DNA of 54,185 nt, filler included, from Streblomastix strix (GCA_008636045.1; 2 parts of 2 records of this genome joined end to end with filler, not necessarily neighbours in it); one strand, 5' to 3'; shown: positions 25,801-39,000, numbered from the whole stretch's first letter. Notes: generated from the letters alone by a model not told the origin. Numbers and translations: made by a program.

Positions 25801-27095
25801 AATTATTACTTTTATTGTTAATTATCATTCAAATGAGTATTTGAATATTATTAACGAGAAGATGAAGATGGAGAAGATGATTAAGATTAATATGATTAAG
25901 ATCTTTATGATGAAGGTGAAACAGGATGTTGATTAGGAATTGGAAGTTTGAGATTAAAATGAAGAGGATGTTTATTTTATTGTTATTATTATTGATTTTA
26001 CTGTTTTTAAGGAGTTTTTGGTGATTAAGATGATCTTAATGATGCATCTTGTTATATTTTATCTATTTCTAATTTTTTAACTAAGCCTTATTTTGTATTT
26101 GCTTTTATTATTAAGTCATTACTAACATTAGAATTATTCTAATTAATTTTTGACTCATTTATAACTTTCTTTTCATTCTATTTATTATTTCTATGTGATT
26201 CATGAGGTGTAAGATCAGAAGTTGTTTCAGAAGAAGATTGCGATTAAGAAGAATGAGATTATTATGAAGATGTATCTTTATCTTAATAATCATCATCATT
26301 TTATTTATCCTTTTATTTCTTTCTATTCTTTTCTTTTTCTTACTATTACTATCTTGCACTTATAATAATATCAAGATTAGTACTTGTATTACTTTCTTCT
26401 TCATTATCGTCTTCTTCTTTTTTATTTTCTCTGATCTATCTTTCTTTCAAATGTTCAATTTCTTTCTATTTCTACAATTCTTCTTATAACTTTCTTTGTT
26501 TCTATTACATTTATTCAATCTCTAATTAAACTCTTCTTTCTAATTCTTATTTTTCTTTGTTTTATTATTCAATTATTCTTCTTTACTTTTCTTCTTATTC
26601 TTTTCTTTCTCTCTCTTCTTATTCTCTTTTAATCTTATCTCTAATTAATTATTTTTCTCTTTCTTCTTTTTCTTTCTTTTCTTTTTCTATTCTTTATTTC
26701 TCTTCTTTTAATTTCCTTTCTTTTTCTTCTCTTTCTTTCTTTTCTTTCATTTCTTTCTCTTATTTCTCTTTTTATTTCATTTCCCTTTCAATTTTTTCTT
26801 TTTCTTCTTTCTCTCTTTATTTCTATTCTTATTCTTTTCTTTCTTTCTCTTTTCTTTCTTTTTCTTCTTTTTCTTTCTTATTCTTCTCTTCCAATAATAT
26901 TCTTTCTTTTTCTATTCTTTCTCTTTCTGCTTATTCTTTATCTTATCTCTCCTTTTCAATTCTTTCTTTTTCTTTCCTTATTCTTTCCCTTCTTTCTTAT
27001 TCTATTCTTTCTTTTTCTATTCTTTCTTTTTCTTCTTTTTCCTTCTTCTCTTTTTCTAATTTAATTCTTTCTATTCTTTCTTTTTCTTCTTTTTC
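22863..27095 (-). CDS. Polo-box domain protein (probable Polo-like kinase; N-terminus and kinase domain missing at contig end)
   Basis: PB1 [29 protein letters not shown]2 [30 protein letters not shown]; preceded by about 1000 aa of Q/S-rich and E/K/R-rich sequence; TGA at 22863-22865. Confidence 0.85.
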
Positions 27096-27195
27096 NNNNN
27101 NNNNNNNNNNNNNNNNNNNNNNNNNNNNNNNNNNNNNNNTTAATTAATTAANNNNNNNNNNNNNNNNNNNNNNNNNNNNNNNNNNNNNNNNNNNN
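27096..27195. other. Artificial contig-joining linker (N44-TTAATTAATTAA-N44)
   Basis: Exactly 100 nt, symmetric, six-frame-stop palindrome at 27140-27151; features on both sides are truncated. Confidence 0.95.
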
Positions 27196-27839
27196 TGCGC
27201 GTTCACTGAAAACAGATAAAATTCGTAAGACAAAGGTTATAGAAAGAAGGTGAACTTCAATTCGGTGATCTTCTCAGAAGAAAAGAAATTTAAGCTTGAT
27301 GGACCCGATTGTTACAACTACTTCTGAGTCGGGTTAGAAGAGAAACTGGATCCTTTACATTAATCAGTAGATTATCATAAGAAGAAAAGTATCATGGTTT
27401 GGTTAACTATCAGCAGTGAAGGTATCTTCCATATTGAACGTATTGTTGGGTCTATCAGCAGTGAAACGTACAGTGATATGATAACAAATGATGCACTTGC
27501 TGCGTTCCATACGTCGTATGGCACTGATTTCATATTTCAGTAAGATAACACCTAAGTTCATGTCGCAAAGGCTACAAAAGAAACTTTAAGCAAATTGTAA
27601 TATAGCTGTTATCTTGGCATGCTCTGAGTACCGATTTAAATACTGTAGAGAACATCTGGTCCTTAATAGTTCGCAGACTTCACACAGGATACGAGTCTTT
27701 GAAGAATGAAGATGAGCCATGGGCCAAGATATAGCGAGTGGTTGCTGCAATTACTAAAGAAGAGGTTTTGTCTTATATACGGAGCATGGAAAACAGACTT
27801 CTAAATGTTGTACAAAGGTAGGGTCTCTACGCACAATGA
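27196..27839 (+). pseudogene. Tc3/Tc1-like transposase relic
   Basis: VIFSEEKKFKLDGPD, IMVW, FIFQQDN, DLNTVENIW motifs; internal stop and frameshift. Confidence 0.85.
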
Positions 27840-28099
27840 AATATCTCCTGATATTGGACAGAATTCTTCTGAAATGAAACATTTATTTAAATTGTTTTAA
27901 TTAATGAGCGTAATTATGTTCAATTAAATTTGAATACTTTTATATTAAGTCTTTTTTAACATTTCAACCATTTAATATACAATTTTAATAAATTTACAAT
28001 CAAGAAGTACATAATTATTGCATTATATGTAAAACAACTAATTTTTTCAGTTATCATTAGTTCAAGAGTTGTGGAAAGATTTATTGAAATTCAAAAATT

Positions 28100-28293
28100 T
28101 GGACGAAATTTTGTCAAGCAATTTAGCATAATAATGTTATAACTTCCTTCATTTAATAACTAAAATTTTCTCAAAGAACTTTAACATATTCAATTATCTA
28201 TATTTGTTCCAATTCTGAATTCGAATTTTCATTTTTCTCACTAAGCGTAAGCTCAGCAATTGCTAAATCGATAAATAAAAGTAGTTATATCAT
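28100..28293 (-). pseudogene. Decayed copy of a small signal-peptide ORF
   Basis: MIQLLLFIDLAIAELTLSEKNENSNSELEQ..., internal TGA; paralog at 37430-37602. Confidence 0.45.
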
Positions 28294-28736
28294 TATCTTA
28301 TAATGAATAAATAAATAAATAAAAATTTAATATCGTTTGAAAAAAATAATATAATGGTTAAATTTCAATTTTCTCGATTGATATAAAACTTCAATTTCGA
28401 AATATGGCTAATTCTATATGCAGCAAATGCTTTAAATAGATTATGTTCTTAAATAATTATCATTTACAGAGATTGGAAAATAACCGTCCTCGCTATGTGT
28501 CCCTACCTACGTCGAAACCCTTTGACTGACATTATTTTTTTATATTAACTTAATTACATCAAAATCGCTAAAAAATATTTGATAATTATTAATTAACTCC
28601 ATTAAATAAATTAAAATACTAATGCGTAGTAAAAAAAATTGGAAATACTGATAATCATAGTAAAACTATAACAGTAAAAAAAATTAATTTGAATGTTTGA
28701 TCATTTCATATCGCAACTTGAATTAATATCTAATAT

Positions 28737-29520
28737 TCATTAGTCCAGTGTTACTTCACCGGACTCTATTACTTTAAATATAAGATCAGTAATGTTTTCA
28801 CATATGCTGTCGATACAGGACTTGTCCAGCGACGCAACTGCTTTTTTGGCCTCTCCGATCTGCGCTTCATCTACAAAATTTCTTCCACCTTTGTTAACAT
28901 TCTGTTACACTGCACCCCAAAAATTCTCCATGGGATTCAAATCAGGAGAATAAGGTGTAAGAGATATCCGTAAGACTTTGATTTTTACAAGTCATTGCGA
29001 AATTGAATTAGCTCGATGCCATTGCGCATTGTCCGATACTTTATCAAGCTTTTTATATCCTTTTGCACATAGTTCAGAAGCATAATTGCGCTATAGTTGG
29101 GCTTGATAAACTTCCGCGTTCACATTGGAAGGTACGATTTCAACCCTTGATTTCAGTACAAAACCAATGCATCCCCAAACGTTTTCTATAGCTCTTTATA
29201 CCTTCGCTTTTGCGCAAGATTTGCTCTTACTCTATCTTACTAGTCCTTTCTAAAGACTTTACGGACAGTTGGCATAGAATACTGCTTCATCGTCAAAGCA
29301 GAACTTTTTGTGCATATTTCCACGAACTGCATACTATTTCAATAACTCAACTCTTTATCCTGGTGTCTTTTCTCTCATGATTGGAGTCTATATTATCTTT
29401 CAAAATTTAAGTCCTGCAAAATTGGAAGCTCTTTAAACAGTCCCAAAGCTTGAATCTTTCTTAGGTCGAAATTTCACATCAAAAGCGATTTTGGTCTCGT
29501 TATTCTTCTCGTCTCCATCT
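28737..29520 (-). pseudogene. Tc1-like transposase relic (DD34E)
   Basis: FCFDDEAVF, NVWGCIG, SDNAQWH, PYSPDLNPMENFW; 34 residues between D2 and E. Confidence 0.88.
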
Positions 29521-29835
29521 TTTATCCTTAAAAAAATAAATAAAAAATTTAGGGTTGATACAGGGTCTAAACCGGTTCAATCTTTTTTCACCCAATAATT
29601 ATAGTCACGTTTGATCAATCCTAAATTTTTTAAAATTTGAAATTTTAAAATGCAAAACTTTAGGTTGAAGTCGTTGTTTAAATTTTGAATTTATAGTTTA
29701 TTATGCTTATAAAATATTATAATAATGAATATAAATTGAATGCTGAAAGAGATTAAATTCATAATTTTTGGAAAAAATTAATGTGAGTCGTTTGTATATA
29801 TAATATTAATAATATACACATATATTATAATATAC

Positions 29836-30657
29836 ACAGTGATCTAGAGTTAAATACAATCCAGAAGTGGTTCTGAGAGCATAATTAAAGAAAACAGCTC
29901 GTGCTACTCATGTAAAGTACAGGTCAACGCACAACCATGGGATTAGGTGCAAGACTTACAAAGTTAATATAAATTGATAAGTACGTAATATATGATGAAC
30001 TAACAGCTTTAATAGGTCACGATCGGAGAACCTTAGAAAGAATCATTTCTGAGGAAACAAAGTACAGCTATGTTTCAACAAGATTGGTACCCATATTCAA
30101 ATGATTATTGAGCTCTCATTTCATATTCATACAAACTTTGCCTTTCTTCTTACTAGCAACGTGATTTGAGTGTCTCATAGGAATCCACTTTTGCATGCGT
30201 TTGTTCTAAATGATGAGCTGGAAATTAGACCGATCCATCGATTGGATCCTGGAACCACAGTGAACAGTGGCATTTTTTATAGATCAGATCTTAAAATCTT
30301 TGGAAAACTACATAAAATTATGAGATGCACCAAATGATCGTAAATTCACCTTCCACTATTATAATGTTTCATGTCGCAATTCCAACACTACTTGGGAATT
30401 TCTATTGAACTTAATTTTTCAGCGAATGTAGCTTCCGCAATATAGCCCCGAACTTTCTCAGTGAGACTATTAACTTTTAGAATATTAATGCTTCAACTGA
30501 AGAGACATTCATTCAACGATGGGGAAGAAGTGATTGAAGAAGTTTTCAAAATCTTAAATTTCTTCAAATATAAATTTACTTTTTTAAGGTATTATGCAAC
30601 TAGGCTGACTGTTTAGATTTTGTTAGAGACTACTGTAGTAAGTATTATTCTGACTGA
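29836..30657 (+). mobile_element. Degenerate mariner-like element
   Basis: cagtg start after a TA-rich tract; TLERII...VSTRLVP (WVP-like) and LPQYSPELSQ*DY (YSPDLAPxD-like) motifs. Confidence 0.7.
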
Positions 30658-30689
30658 AATTTCAAGTTTCATCAATTAGTAACAAATCA

Positions 30690-31110
30690 ATGGTTAAGAG
30701 GAAAGAAATAATATTTGTATAAATAATTGAATAAACCTAAATTAGAAATAGTAATTGATCATAAGAATTAAATAAAATATCATTCAAATATTTTTAATTT
30801 ACATTACGTTACATGACATTTAAATAATAAGAATGTAACCAAGATAAGAACTGTGTATAATACAACAGATAAAGTTCCTGTTGATTCTAAACAAATATTA
30901 AAATATAATTAATATTAGTTATATGGAGTTTACTATTCGTAATGTAAAAAGCAATTACATAGAAAAATTTAAACAAAGTACTTAATTATACCATATACGG
31001 ATGAAAATAATTAAGAAATAAGAAGAAATGATGGCGGTCGAATATCTTACAAAATTATGACTAAGGAAGGAGGAAGACCCGGTTTATATGAAAGCACAAT
31101 ACTATCAAGC
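30690..31110 (+). pseudogene. HNH (HNH_3-type) endonuclease relic, copy 1
   Basis: VIDHKNQIKYHSNIFNLHYVT*HLNNKN resembles the IDHxN...N...NLxxVT...N HNH core. Confidence 0.6.
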
Positions 31111-31349
31111 TAAGTATAAAGTAAAAAAAACTGATAAAAATGAAGAATTTTTGTACGAATCATCTGATGATGAAGATGAATTTGACTAAACTGCTAACGA
31201 TGACGAAAATCAAAGAATTATTCAACAAAAATTAAATACTATTGATAATTACTTCAAAAAAATTAATTGTACTAATTTCGTCATTTATTGATTCAATTCA
31301 TTCAAATTCGAAGAATCAATCAAAAATCTAGCTTCCTAACATTCGTTAA

Positions 31350-31500
31350 GATGGAATTAAAAACTGTGGAAATTCGTGCTATGCAGCCTCTATTATAGAA
31401 TCTTTGGCGCATACTCCACCTTTCATTACTACTCTCTATAATAAACGACTCTGGTTAGACATTGAAAAAATTGCTCGTGAAAATTCACAACACCAAAATC
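31350..31500 (+). pseudogene. Ubiquitin-specific protease (peptidase C19) Cys-box fragment
   Basis: GIKNCGNSCYAASIIESLAHTPPF from 31353 fits GLxNxGNxCYxNSxxQxL...P; no His-box seen. Confidence 0.7.
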
Positions 31501-31619
31501 TAGAAAAATAAAAATTTTCCACGTAAATAGTAAAATTCCTAATTATTTAAAGCCTAAATAAAAAATAAACAAATAAATATATTTAAATTTCGAAACAAAT
31601 ATAGTTGGTAGTTCTTAAT

Positions 31620-32060
31620 ATGCAATAATCAAATTCGCATCTTTAGAAGAAATAGAAAATCCAATAAAATCAGAAATATTATATCAAATGACTAACTGAC
31701 AGAAATTAAGAGATTAATTTGTGCATTTTGGATCACATCAAGGGTACGAACGTCATCATATATTTGGCTTACTGCATTAACAGGCAGCTAAACAGTGGTT
31801 ATGAGGGAAGAAATAATATTTGTATAAATAATCTAATAGACTTAAATTAGAAATTTTAATTGATCATAAGGATTAGATTAAATATCATTCAAATATATTA
31901 AATCTATATTACGTCACAAGACTTATAAATAATTAATATTAATTATATGGAATTTTTTCCAGGAGTAAAAGATAAATATATGGACGAAAGCAAACATTAA
32001 ATTGAAATAGTTAATATAAAAGTAAGATAAGTTAAGAATTACGAAGAAATGATAGATGGT
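31620..32060 (+). pseudogene. HNH endonuclease relic, copy 2
   Basis: GYERHHIFGLLHQQAAKQWL*GKKQ...ILIDHKDQIKYHSNILNLYYVT; nucleotide similarity to 30690-30930. Confidence 0.6.
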
Positions 32061-32659
32061 GATTGTATATATAAATTAAATAATATATTTTTTCCCCTCA
32101 TTGTAATTTTTTTAATAAAATTAAAGATTTAAATATTAAATATAAAATTATTAGTTAAATTTAAGAAAGTTCATTCTTAAATTTTTATTAGTTCAAAATT
32201 TTTAATTTAGATATATTTCACTATAAATGAATTTATGATTTGGATTGCTAAAATTATATACAATTATTCTATTATTTTAATTAATTATAATATATTTAAT
32301 TATCTTTAATGGTTTTATCTCCTTGAAATTATCAGTTTAAATTTTTTTCGGTAATCTTTACATTATTTGCAGATATTTTTTAATTTTTTTGAACATAAAA
32401 TATAAATATGTTCTGTGAATATATTTGTGCATTAATTATCAATTTTTACTGTTAAATAAAATTATTTATAAAATTATATTAATGTATAGATCGAGATTTT
32501 TCTATGAAAATATATAATATGGCTTTTCTAAATTTTACAAAAAACTATTATTAAATTATTATTTAAAATTGTAGGATTTCTTAATCATCATTAAAATTTT
32601 TAGTAAATAAATCTAGTAGATGATGATGGAGAAATCTGTACAATTTTTCTAAATTCACC

Positions 32660-35050
32660 AGTAGCTAACCAATAGCCAAACAAAGTAAAAATGGTGCAAA
32701 TTCATCCCAATCAATGAAGATTGAATTAGTGTAACATCAAATTAAATCAAACGTCTTCTTAATATCCTTATAGCACCTTTTTTTGCGTTTCTCTTCATTT
32801 ATTTTTCTAACAATCTTTCTCTCTTTTCTATTAGAATTTGAAGTTCGTCATTTTCATATTAGGTCCATTTGGTTAAGAACTCATTTGAAGTAATAATTTC
32901 ACCAGAATTTGATAGTCTTTATTATATTTAAGTAGACTATAATGAAGATTGTGCGGATGATGATGATGAAGAGTATATGTGAGATTAATTATTATAATGA
33001 AAATCCAAATGTGCCTATAAAAGGGATTCACAAACTTAAAATCCATAAATTTCACACTTTGTTATGTATTTTTCATCTTTTTCCAACTTTTTGTTCATCG
33101 AATTCTAATTCTTTTTCTTAATTATCTTCATAAATATCAACATATATATCTTGTTCATTATCATTTGTCTTTTGCATTTGCTTTTATTCCTCTATTTGTT
33201 TTTTACTCTTTGCTTTTTTTGCAATTTTCTCTTATTTCTCTAATTTGTATATTTCTTTAACATAATCTTTCACAAGCTTAATTTCTGTTTAAACTCCACT
33301 ACTTTCAAATATTTTTTCAATATATTCATTTTAATCCTTATTTAGATTGTTCTTAACAATATTTTCACAGATACATTCCGGAATCAATGCAAGGCGAAAT
33401 GATGCAATTTTATCTTTTATTGGATATTTGAAGAATTCTTGTAAACGCTACTTTAAACTAGTGTTAACTTCACAGTCAAGTGGCTACGTTATGTGTGAAG
33501 TGTGCGATGGAATGATAATTACGTCTATTTTGTTTGCTTGAAACTCTAACATTAATTAAATTTTAAAACAAAAAAATTTATTAAAATTGATTTTAATTAT
33601 TCAAACTTACTTTTTATTTATTCTACATATATGACCATCTAGAATCATCAATGATCTTTCATTATCAATTTTATTTCTATCTTTATCTACTTTCATCCCT
33701 TTTTGCCTCCTTTCAACATTTCCCATAAAGATAACAATAAAATAAATAAAATTTATGTTTAATAAGTGAAAACTAAACAATTATTTAATAATAATATCTG
33801 ACTTCAACGAATTTCCACTTGCGGAAACGCAAAACATTAGAGTTGTTTTTGGTTATCTAGTATGATCTGTGCAAGATGCCTAACTAATATAAAATATTGA
33901 ATAAATCAAAATAAAACAAAATAAATAACTATATTCTTTTTTTTTCTTTTTTTTGTTGCATATGAAACTAATACTCTATTGCATCTTTTAGGTGTCAAGT
34001 TTAATCCAGTCTCGTTTGCGTTCCATAAGTTTCTCAGCTTGTAGTGGTTATCGTACCTCAACTAACGAATCTTCTAATACCTTAAATATTAGAAAATTTA
34101 ATAAAAATAATTTTTATTCAATAAATCTTATCATTGTGCTAAATTTGCTCCTGTACAAGCCCAAAATCTTTTCTAGTCAACAACATGCCCACGTAAGAGC
34201 TTAAATTACTAATTTAATTTAAATGCATTGATTTAAAATTGATAAATATTATAAAAAACCTTTTTTTTATTCAACAAATCTCTCTAAACAACCAATATTT
34301 ATCTGTTTGACAATTGATCAGTTCCGATGGTAGCATGCATTTTAGCTTGAATGATTGTACGAGTTATGTAACTGAATATTTCTAACGAAAAATTTTTAAA
34401 GAATTATATTATTTATTAATTAATATCACAAAAATAAACAATGAAATAATTTAAAATTTTTTCAAAAAATAATTTTAGTAATAAAAATTTAAAAAAGAAA
34501 TTCTATAAAATTACTGTAACTAATTATTAATATAATAGCTATTATGATTTATATCCAACGGCCAATATGAATACAACCATAGACTGAAACCATCGGAACT
34601 GTCTCAATATCTTCACGAGAAGGATCTTTTTTAATTATTTTCTGAACATAATTCATTAAAAGCAGAAAAATTCAAATTATTTATATTAATTTTACATATA
34701 AATACAATTTCTACTGCATCAAATTAAGTTAAAAAGTCGTGTAACATCTTTTTATCTTCGAATATTTTTACTACAATTTTTTCTTCTTCAATATTCAAAA
34801 GTCTTTTCCCATCCATCTGCCCTTATCCTCGATGACTATTCATGTTCCTGAATGTAGTTTCTATTCATTCATGTGATAATTCAGTATATTATTCAATATC
34901 TTTTCTCGCTATGATCTCATTTCTGAAAAACATCTCTGTTTTTTTCTTAAAAACATTCTTCAGCTATATATTCTGGGATATTTAGAATTTCTCGCAACCC
35001 CAATGCTGTTGCTCTTCGTGGTAATAGTTCAAACGTAATTAGTGTGAAAA
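32660..35050 (-). pseudogene. Intron-containing pogo-family (DDE_1) transposase, decayed
   Basis: KRLLNIEEEKIVVK (HTH-like), TTLMFCVSASGN, LMILDGH, IIIPSHTSHITQPLD; GTAAGT...TAG intron at 33610-33546. Confidence 0.78.
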
Positions 35051-37429
35051 GTAAAACTAACTGGAGAATATTCAAATTCAAATCGCATTGCAATATCAGC
35101 TGCGGAAGAAATTAATATATCAGTTTAGGTAAAAAATTTGTTTTTTCATAGTGACACTGTTGTATGATAATGTTGCTAGAATTCATATATACAATATTTA
35201 TTTTATTTTGATTTTCATTTAAAATATAGACAAATTTTTCTCAGATTAACCAATATAATCTGTTTTGACGAAACAGACTGCTGCCGGGTTTTAGCCATGA
35301 TCTACTTCTGTTTTATTTGAATTTTTATTATTGATTTTTTTGTTTTAACTAATTTTAATTACGTTTAAATGAATTAATTACTTGACTCTGTATAAAACCG
35401 AAATTTATTTTTAGCACATATTTTGCATTTATTTCATATTGCAATTTTCATAGTTAATTTTTTATATATCAATTAAAATGAAAGTGTAGTTTATATATCA
35501 ATAAATGATATTTATCCATTTTATTTGAACATCTGCTTTTAATAAGAGTTTTTTTTTATTTTGAATTTTTTAGTCGAATAAGCATATATATCTTCATTTT
35601 GCAATAATATTTTATATTTTAACTTCAATTTCAACATAAATAAATAACCAAATATTAACTTATTTTATAAGAAAAATCAATAACTATATTTTAAAAAATT
35701 AAATATTTGCTTACTACCACCCTACTCGCGCATTTTCCTTTAAATGGCTTATAATCATTACGATTCTTAAGCATATATAAGAATGGACTCAAATAATTCA
35801 CAAATTGTTTCCTGCAATTGGACAAGAACAACTCTAAAAAATAAAAATCTTTTTTTGAGCCACATAGACTGCATTAATAATTTTCTATTTCGCATTCTAA
35901 TTACTTTAATCAATTTTTACAATTTGATAATATTTATTAAAATCTATCCAATAAGTTTAACAAAGTACTGTACTTAGTTTGAAGTACTGGACTTAGTTGG
36001 TTGACCAAATTATTATAAATTATTTTTTTTTTAATTTTCATTCACATTACGAATGCCTTTCATAACATCTTATATAATTCAATTAATTCTTATTTTTTTT
36101 TGTTATCATTTTCATCTTACTTATCTTCTCCCTCTTTTTTTCCTTTTCCTCTTACTTCACTTCTTCTCATTTTCGCTTTTTCTTTTATTGTAATATGGGA
36201 TTTATTTCATCTTCTGAAAAAAACTAACTTGTTTCAGATATATCTTCATCTGCACCATAAATTTCCATTTTTCCTCCGTCATAATCCTCCTCTACACCTT
36301 CATTTTTTTCCTTGTCTTCTTTTCCTGTTCTAAAGTTTTCAAATTTAACTCATGTCAATCTATTTTAATTATTTAATTATACACTTATCTATTTTCCTAA
36401 TTAATTACTGAAGTGAAGAAGAATTATTCATGAACATTTGGAACAAACAAAAAGAATAGCATATTCGTAATTTGCATTAATGCCTTGAAAAGTATGATAG
36501 ATATTGTTCGATCAAGATAAGTTTTTTTTGTTCTCAATAATTCCACAAAAAGAATTCTATTTGAAAGATACGTAGCATTTGCAATTATTACAATCATTCA
36601 CGTCTTCATCATGTGCATGCATTATCTTACTCTAAACCAAATGGGTAAAAATTTTTGCCTTTTGTAAATCGTCACAATTTAACATATTGAGAAAATTAAG
36701 AATACTGACCATGGAGTTATTTATCATTCTTCTGTTTTATTGTTTGTTCTCCCCCTTATACAATGATATTTCGAATAATTCCGTTATGAATTAATAATTT
36801 ATAAAATCATTTAAAAATTAATTAATTTCACTTAAATAATATAATAAAATTTAAATATTAATAATTTAAATTTAAAATTTATTTTTTATAAACATAAATT
36901 TTTTTATTAATCAATAGTGAATTTTTTTTTATTTTCTTTTTATTTGATTTTGAAATATGGGGAAAATGCTTTTAATGCATATTAGGTATCTACACTTAAC
37001 ATTTATTGCTCTTTATACAAGACTTGAATCAAAATAAATGAATAAAAATATTCTAATTATTATAAATTATATTAAATATAAATAAAAATATTTGAACATG
37101 TTTAATTGTATAGATTTCATTAAATTGAAAATTAATTTTTAAGTAGCTTCATTATTTTAAGTCTATTGTCTTCATAAAAATTTAATTAAATATTTCTATA
37201 TCTGTTTTCAAATTTTAAGCTCTTAACAAAATTTATTTCATTTACATCATTTCTTTCAAATTAATTAAAAGCAATATGATTGAACCATTTGTTTCTCTAA
37301 TCAGTAGAGTTCTCATTTATCTAAAAATACTTATTTTCAAATTAAAATATATTGTCTCTTCTTCGATTTTTTTTTTTAAAATATAATCTTCATGAATTAC
37401 ACATTATTATTCAATTTTAATTTATTTAT

Positions 37430-37602
37430 TTATAGCATAATATTGTTACAATTTCTTTCGTTTTAGCTCTAATATTATCTCCAAAATCTTTTTTATTTTC
37501 AACTATCTCTATTTCTTCCAATTCTGAATTTGAATTTTCTATTTTTTCACTAAATGTTAGCCCAGCAATCGCTAAAGCAACAAATAAAAGGAATTATAAC
37601 AT
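37430..37602 (-). pseudogene. Small signal-peptide ORF (5' part; rest unclear)
   Basis: MLQFLLFVALAIAGLTFSEKIENSNSELEEIEIVENKKDFGDNIRAKTKEIVTILC. Confidence 0.5.
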
Positions 37603-38509
37603 TATCGAGCAATAAATAAATAAATAAATAAAAATTAAATAGTATTTGAAAAAAATTTGTAAATTAATTAAATTTCAATTTTTTCGATTGATACAAAAGT
37701 GAAATTTCAAAAAATGGCTTAAATTATATGCAACAAAAATTTCAACAGAAAATACTTAAATAAATTCATTTTTCTATATATTCAACACAATTAATATAGC
37801 TTCAAATTATTCAATAATTCATTTAAAATCAACAAAATATTTTTATTTATTTGTTGTTTTAGAACATAGTCCAACATTTTTATTTATAATTTTTTTATTA
37901 GATCCATAACTTGTAGAAATTGGCAATTTTTATTATTAAAATAGGTTTAAAGTTCATTAAATAAATTATGAAATATTTACAATTAATATTTTACTTAAAA
38001 AATATGTGGAGCGAGGAAATTATTTTGCAAGGACTTTTTGGAGTCTTTGTATTAATTTATTGATTTATTTATATTATATATTTATATATATTATGTTTAT
38101 CAATAATTATCTTTAACAGGGTTTGGAAAATATTTGTCATCGCTATGTTTCTCTACCTACGTCTGTGTAACATTAATTATATATATACATATATAATAAT
38201 ATATGCAGTGCTCCAGAGTAAAATACAATCTAGAAATGGTTTTGAGAGCATAATTAAAGAACTCCGTTAGTACAATTCATATACTGTACAAGACGACATA
38301 CAACCATTGGATAAGGAGTAAGACTTACAAAGTTAATATCAGTTTTTAGTAAAAAGACTATGATAATGGGTTTTTTGGGGAGAGCTGGGAATTATACCGG
38401 TTCATAGATCGGAGTTTTGAGTAAAAACGGTTAGTTACACTTTTATAGATCAGATCTTAAAATCTTTGGAAAGCTACATATAATTATGAGATGAATCAAA
38501 TGATCATCT

Positions 38510-39000
38510 GATAGAAATTAAGAGATTAATTTATATATTTTGGATTGCATTAAAAGTATCCATGTCATAGTTTACTTGGCTTACTATATTAAATGCAACT
38601 AATCAGATATTGGGAGGAAAGAAATAATGATTGTATAAGAAGTATAATAAATCAAAATTATAAAAATTAATAGATGATAAAGTTTAAATAAAATATCATT
38701 CAAATATATTTAATCACCATTATATAATAATACTCACTAATAATAGAAATGTCTCAAAGATTAGAACAGAATACAATACGACAGATAATCTTCTTCAAGA
38801 TTCAATCCATATATTTAAATATAAATCAAAAATACTTAATCTTCACTATGTCACTAGAAGTACAAATATTAGAAAGGCTACTAAGATTTAAACCGAATTC
38901 AATATAATAGATAAACTTCCTTGAGATGAATTCCAAATAATATAACTAATACTAATTATATGGAATTTCCCCCCAAGAGTAAAAGATAAATATATAGACG
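38510..39000 (+). pseudogene. HNH endonuclease relic, copy 3, with internal duplication of the NLHYVT segment
   Basis: Similar to 31697-31990; about 38710-38795 repeated at about 38837-38920. Confidence 0.55.

Noticed and set aside
26557..27147. 196-aa S/F/L-rich ORF on + (and similar ORFs at 9070, 25425, 36100, 50106, 75)
   Set aside because: Antisense shadows of E/K/R-rich coding sequence on the opposite strand
27096..27195. Apparent linkage between the Polo-box gene and the Tc3-like relic, and the TTAATTAATTAA palindrome
   Set aside because: Artificial 100-nt linker joining two contigs; no biological adjacency can be inferred
15780..29000. TGA at expected Trp positions in several transposases, suggesting TGA=Trp or RIP-like mutation
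   Set aside because: Host genes use TGG for Trp and TGA as terminator; TGG-to-TGA is the expected nonsense change in decaying, frameshifted elements
34319..34601. 13-bp inverted repeat cagttccgatggt/accatcggaactg
   Set aside because: Short, no target-site duplication seen, lies within a decayed transposase region
35960..36780. 17-nt direct repeat pair and Cys/His-rich broken minus-strand frame
   Set aside because: Too degraded to assign; probably TE debris
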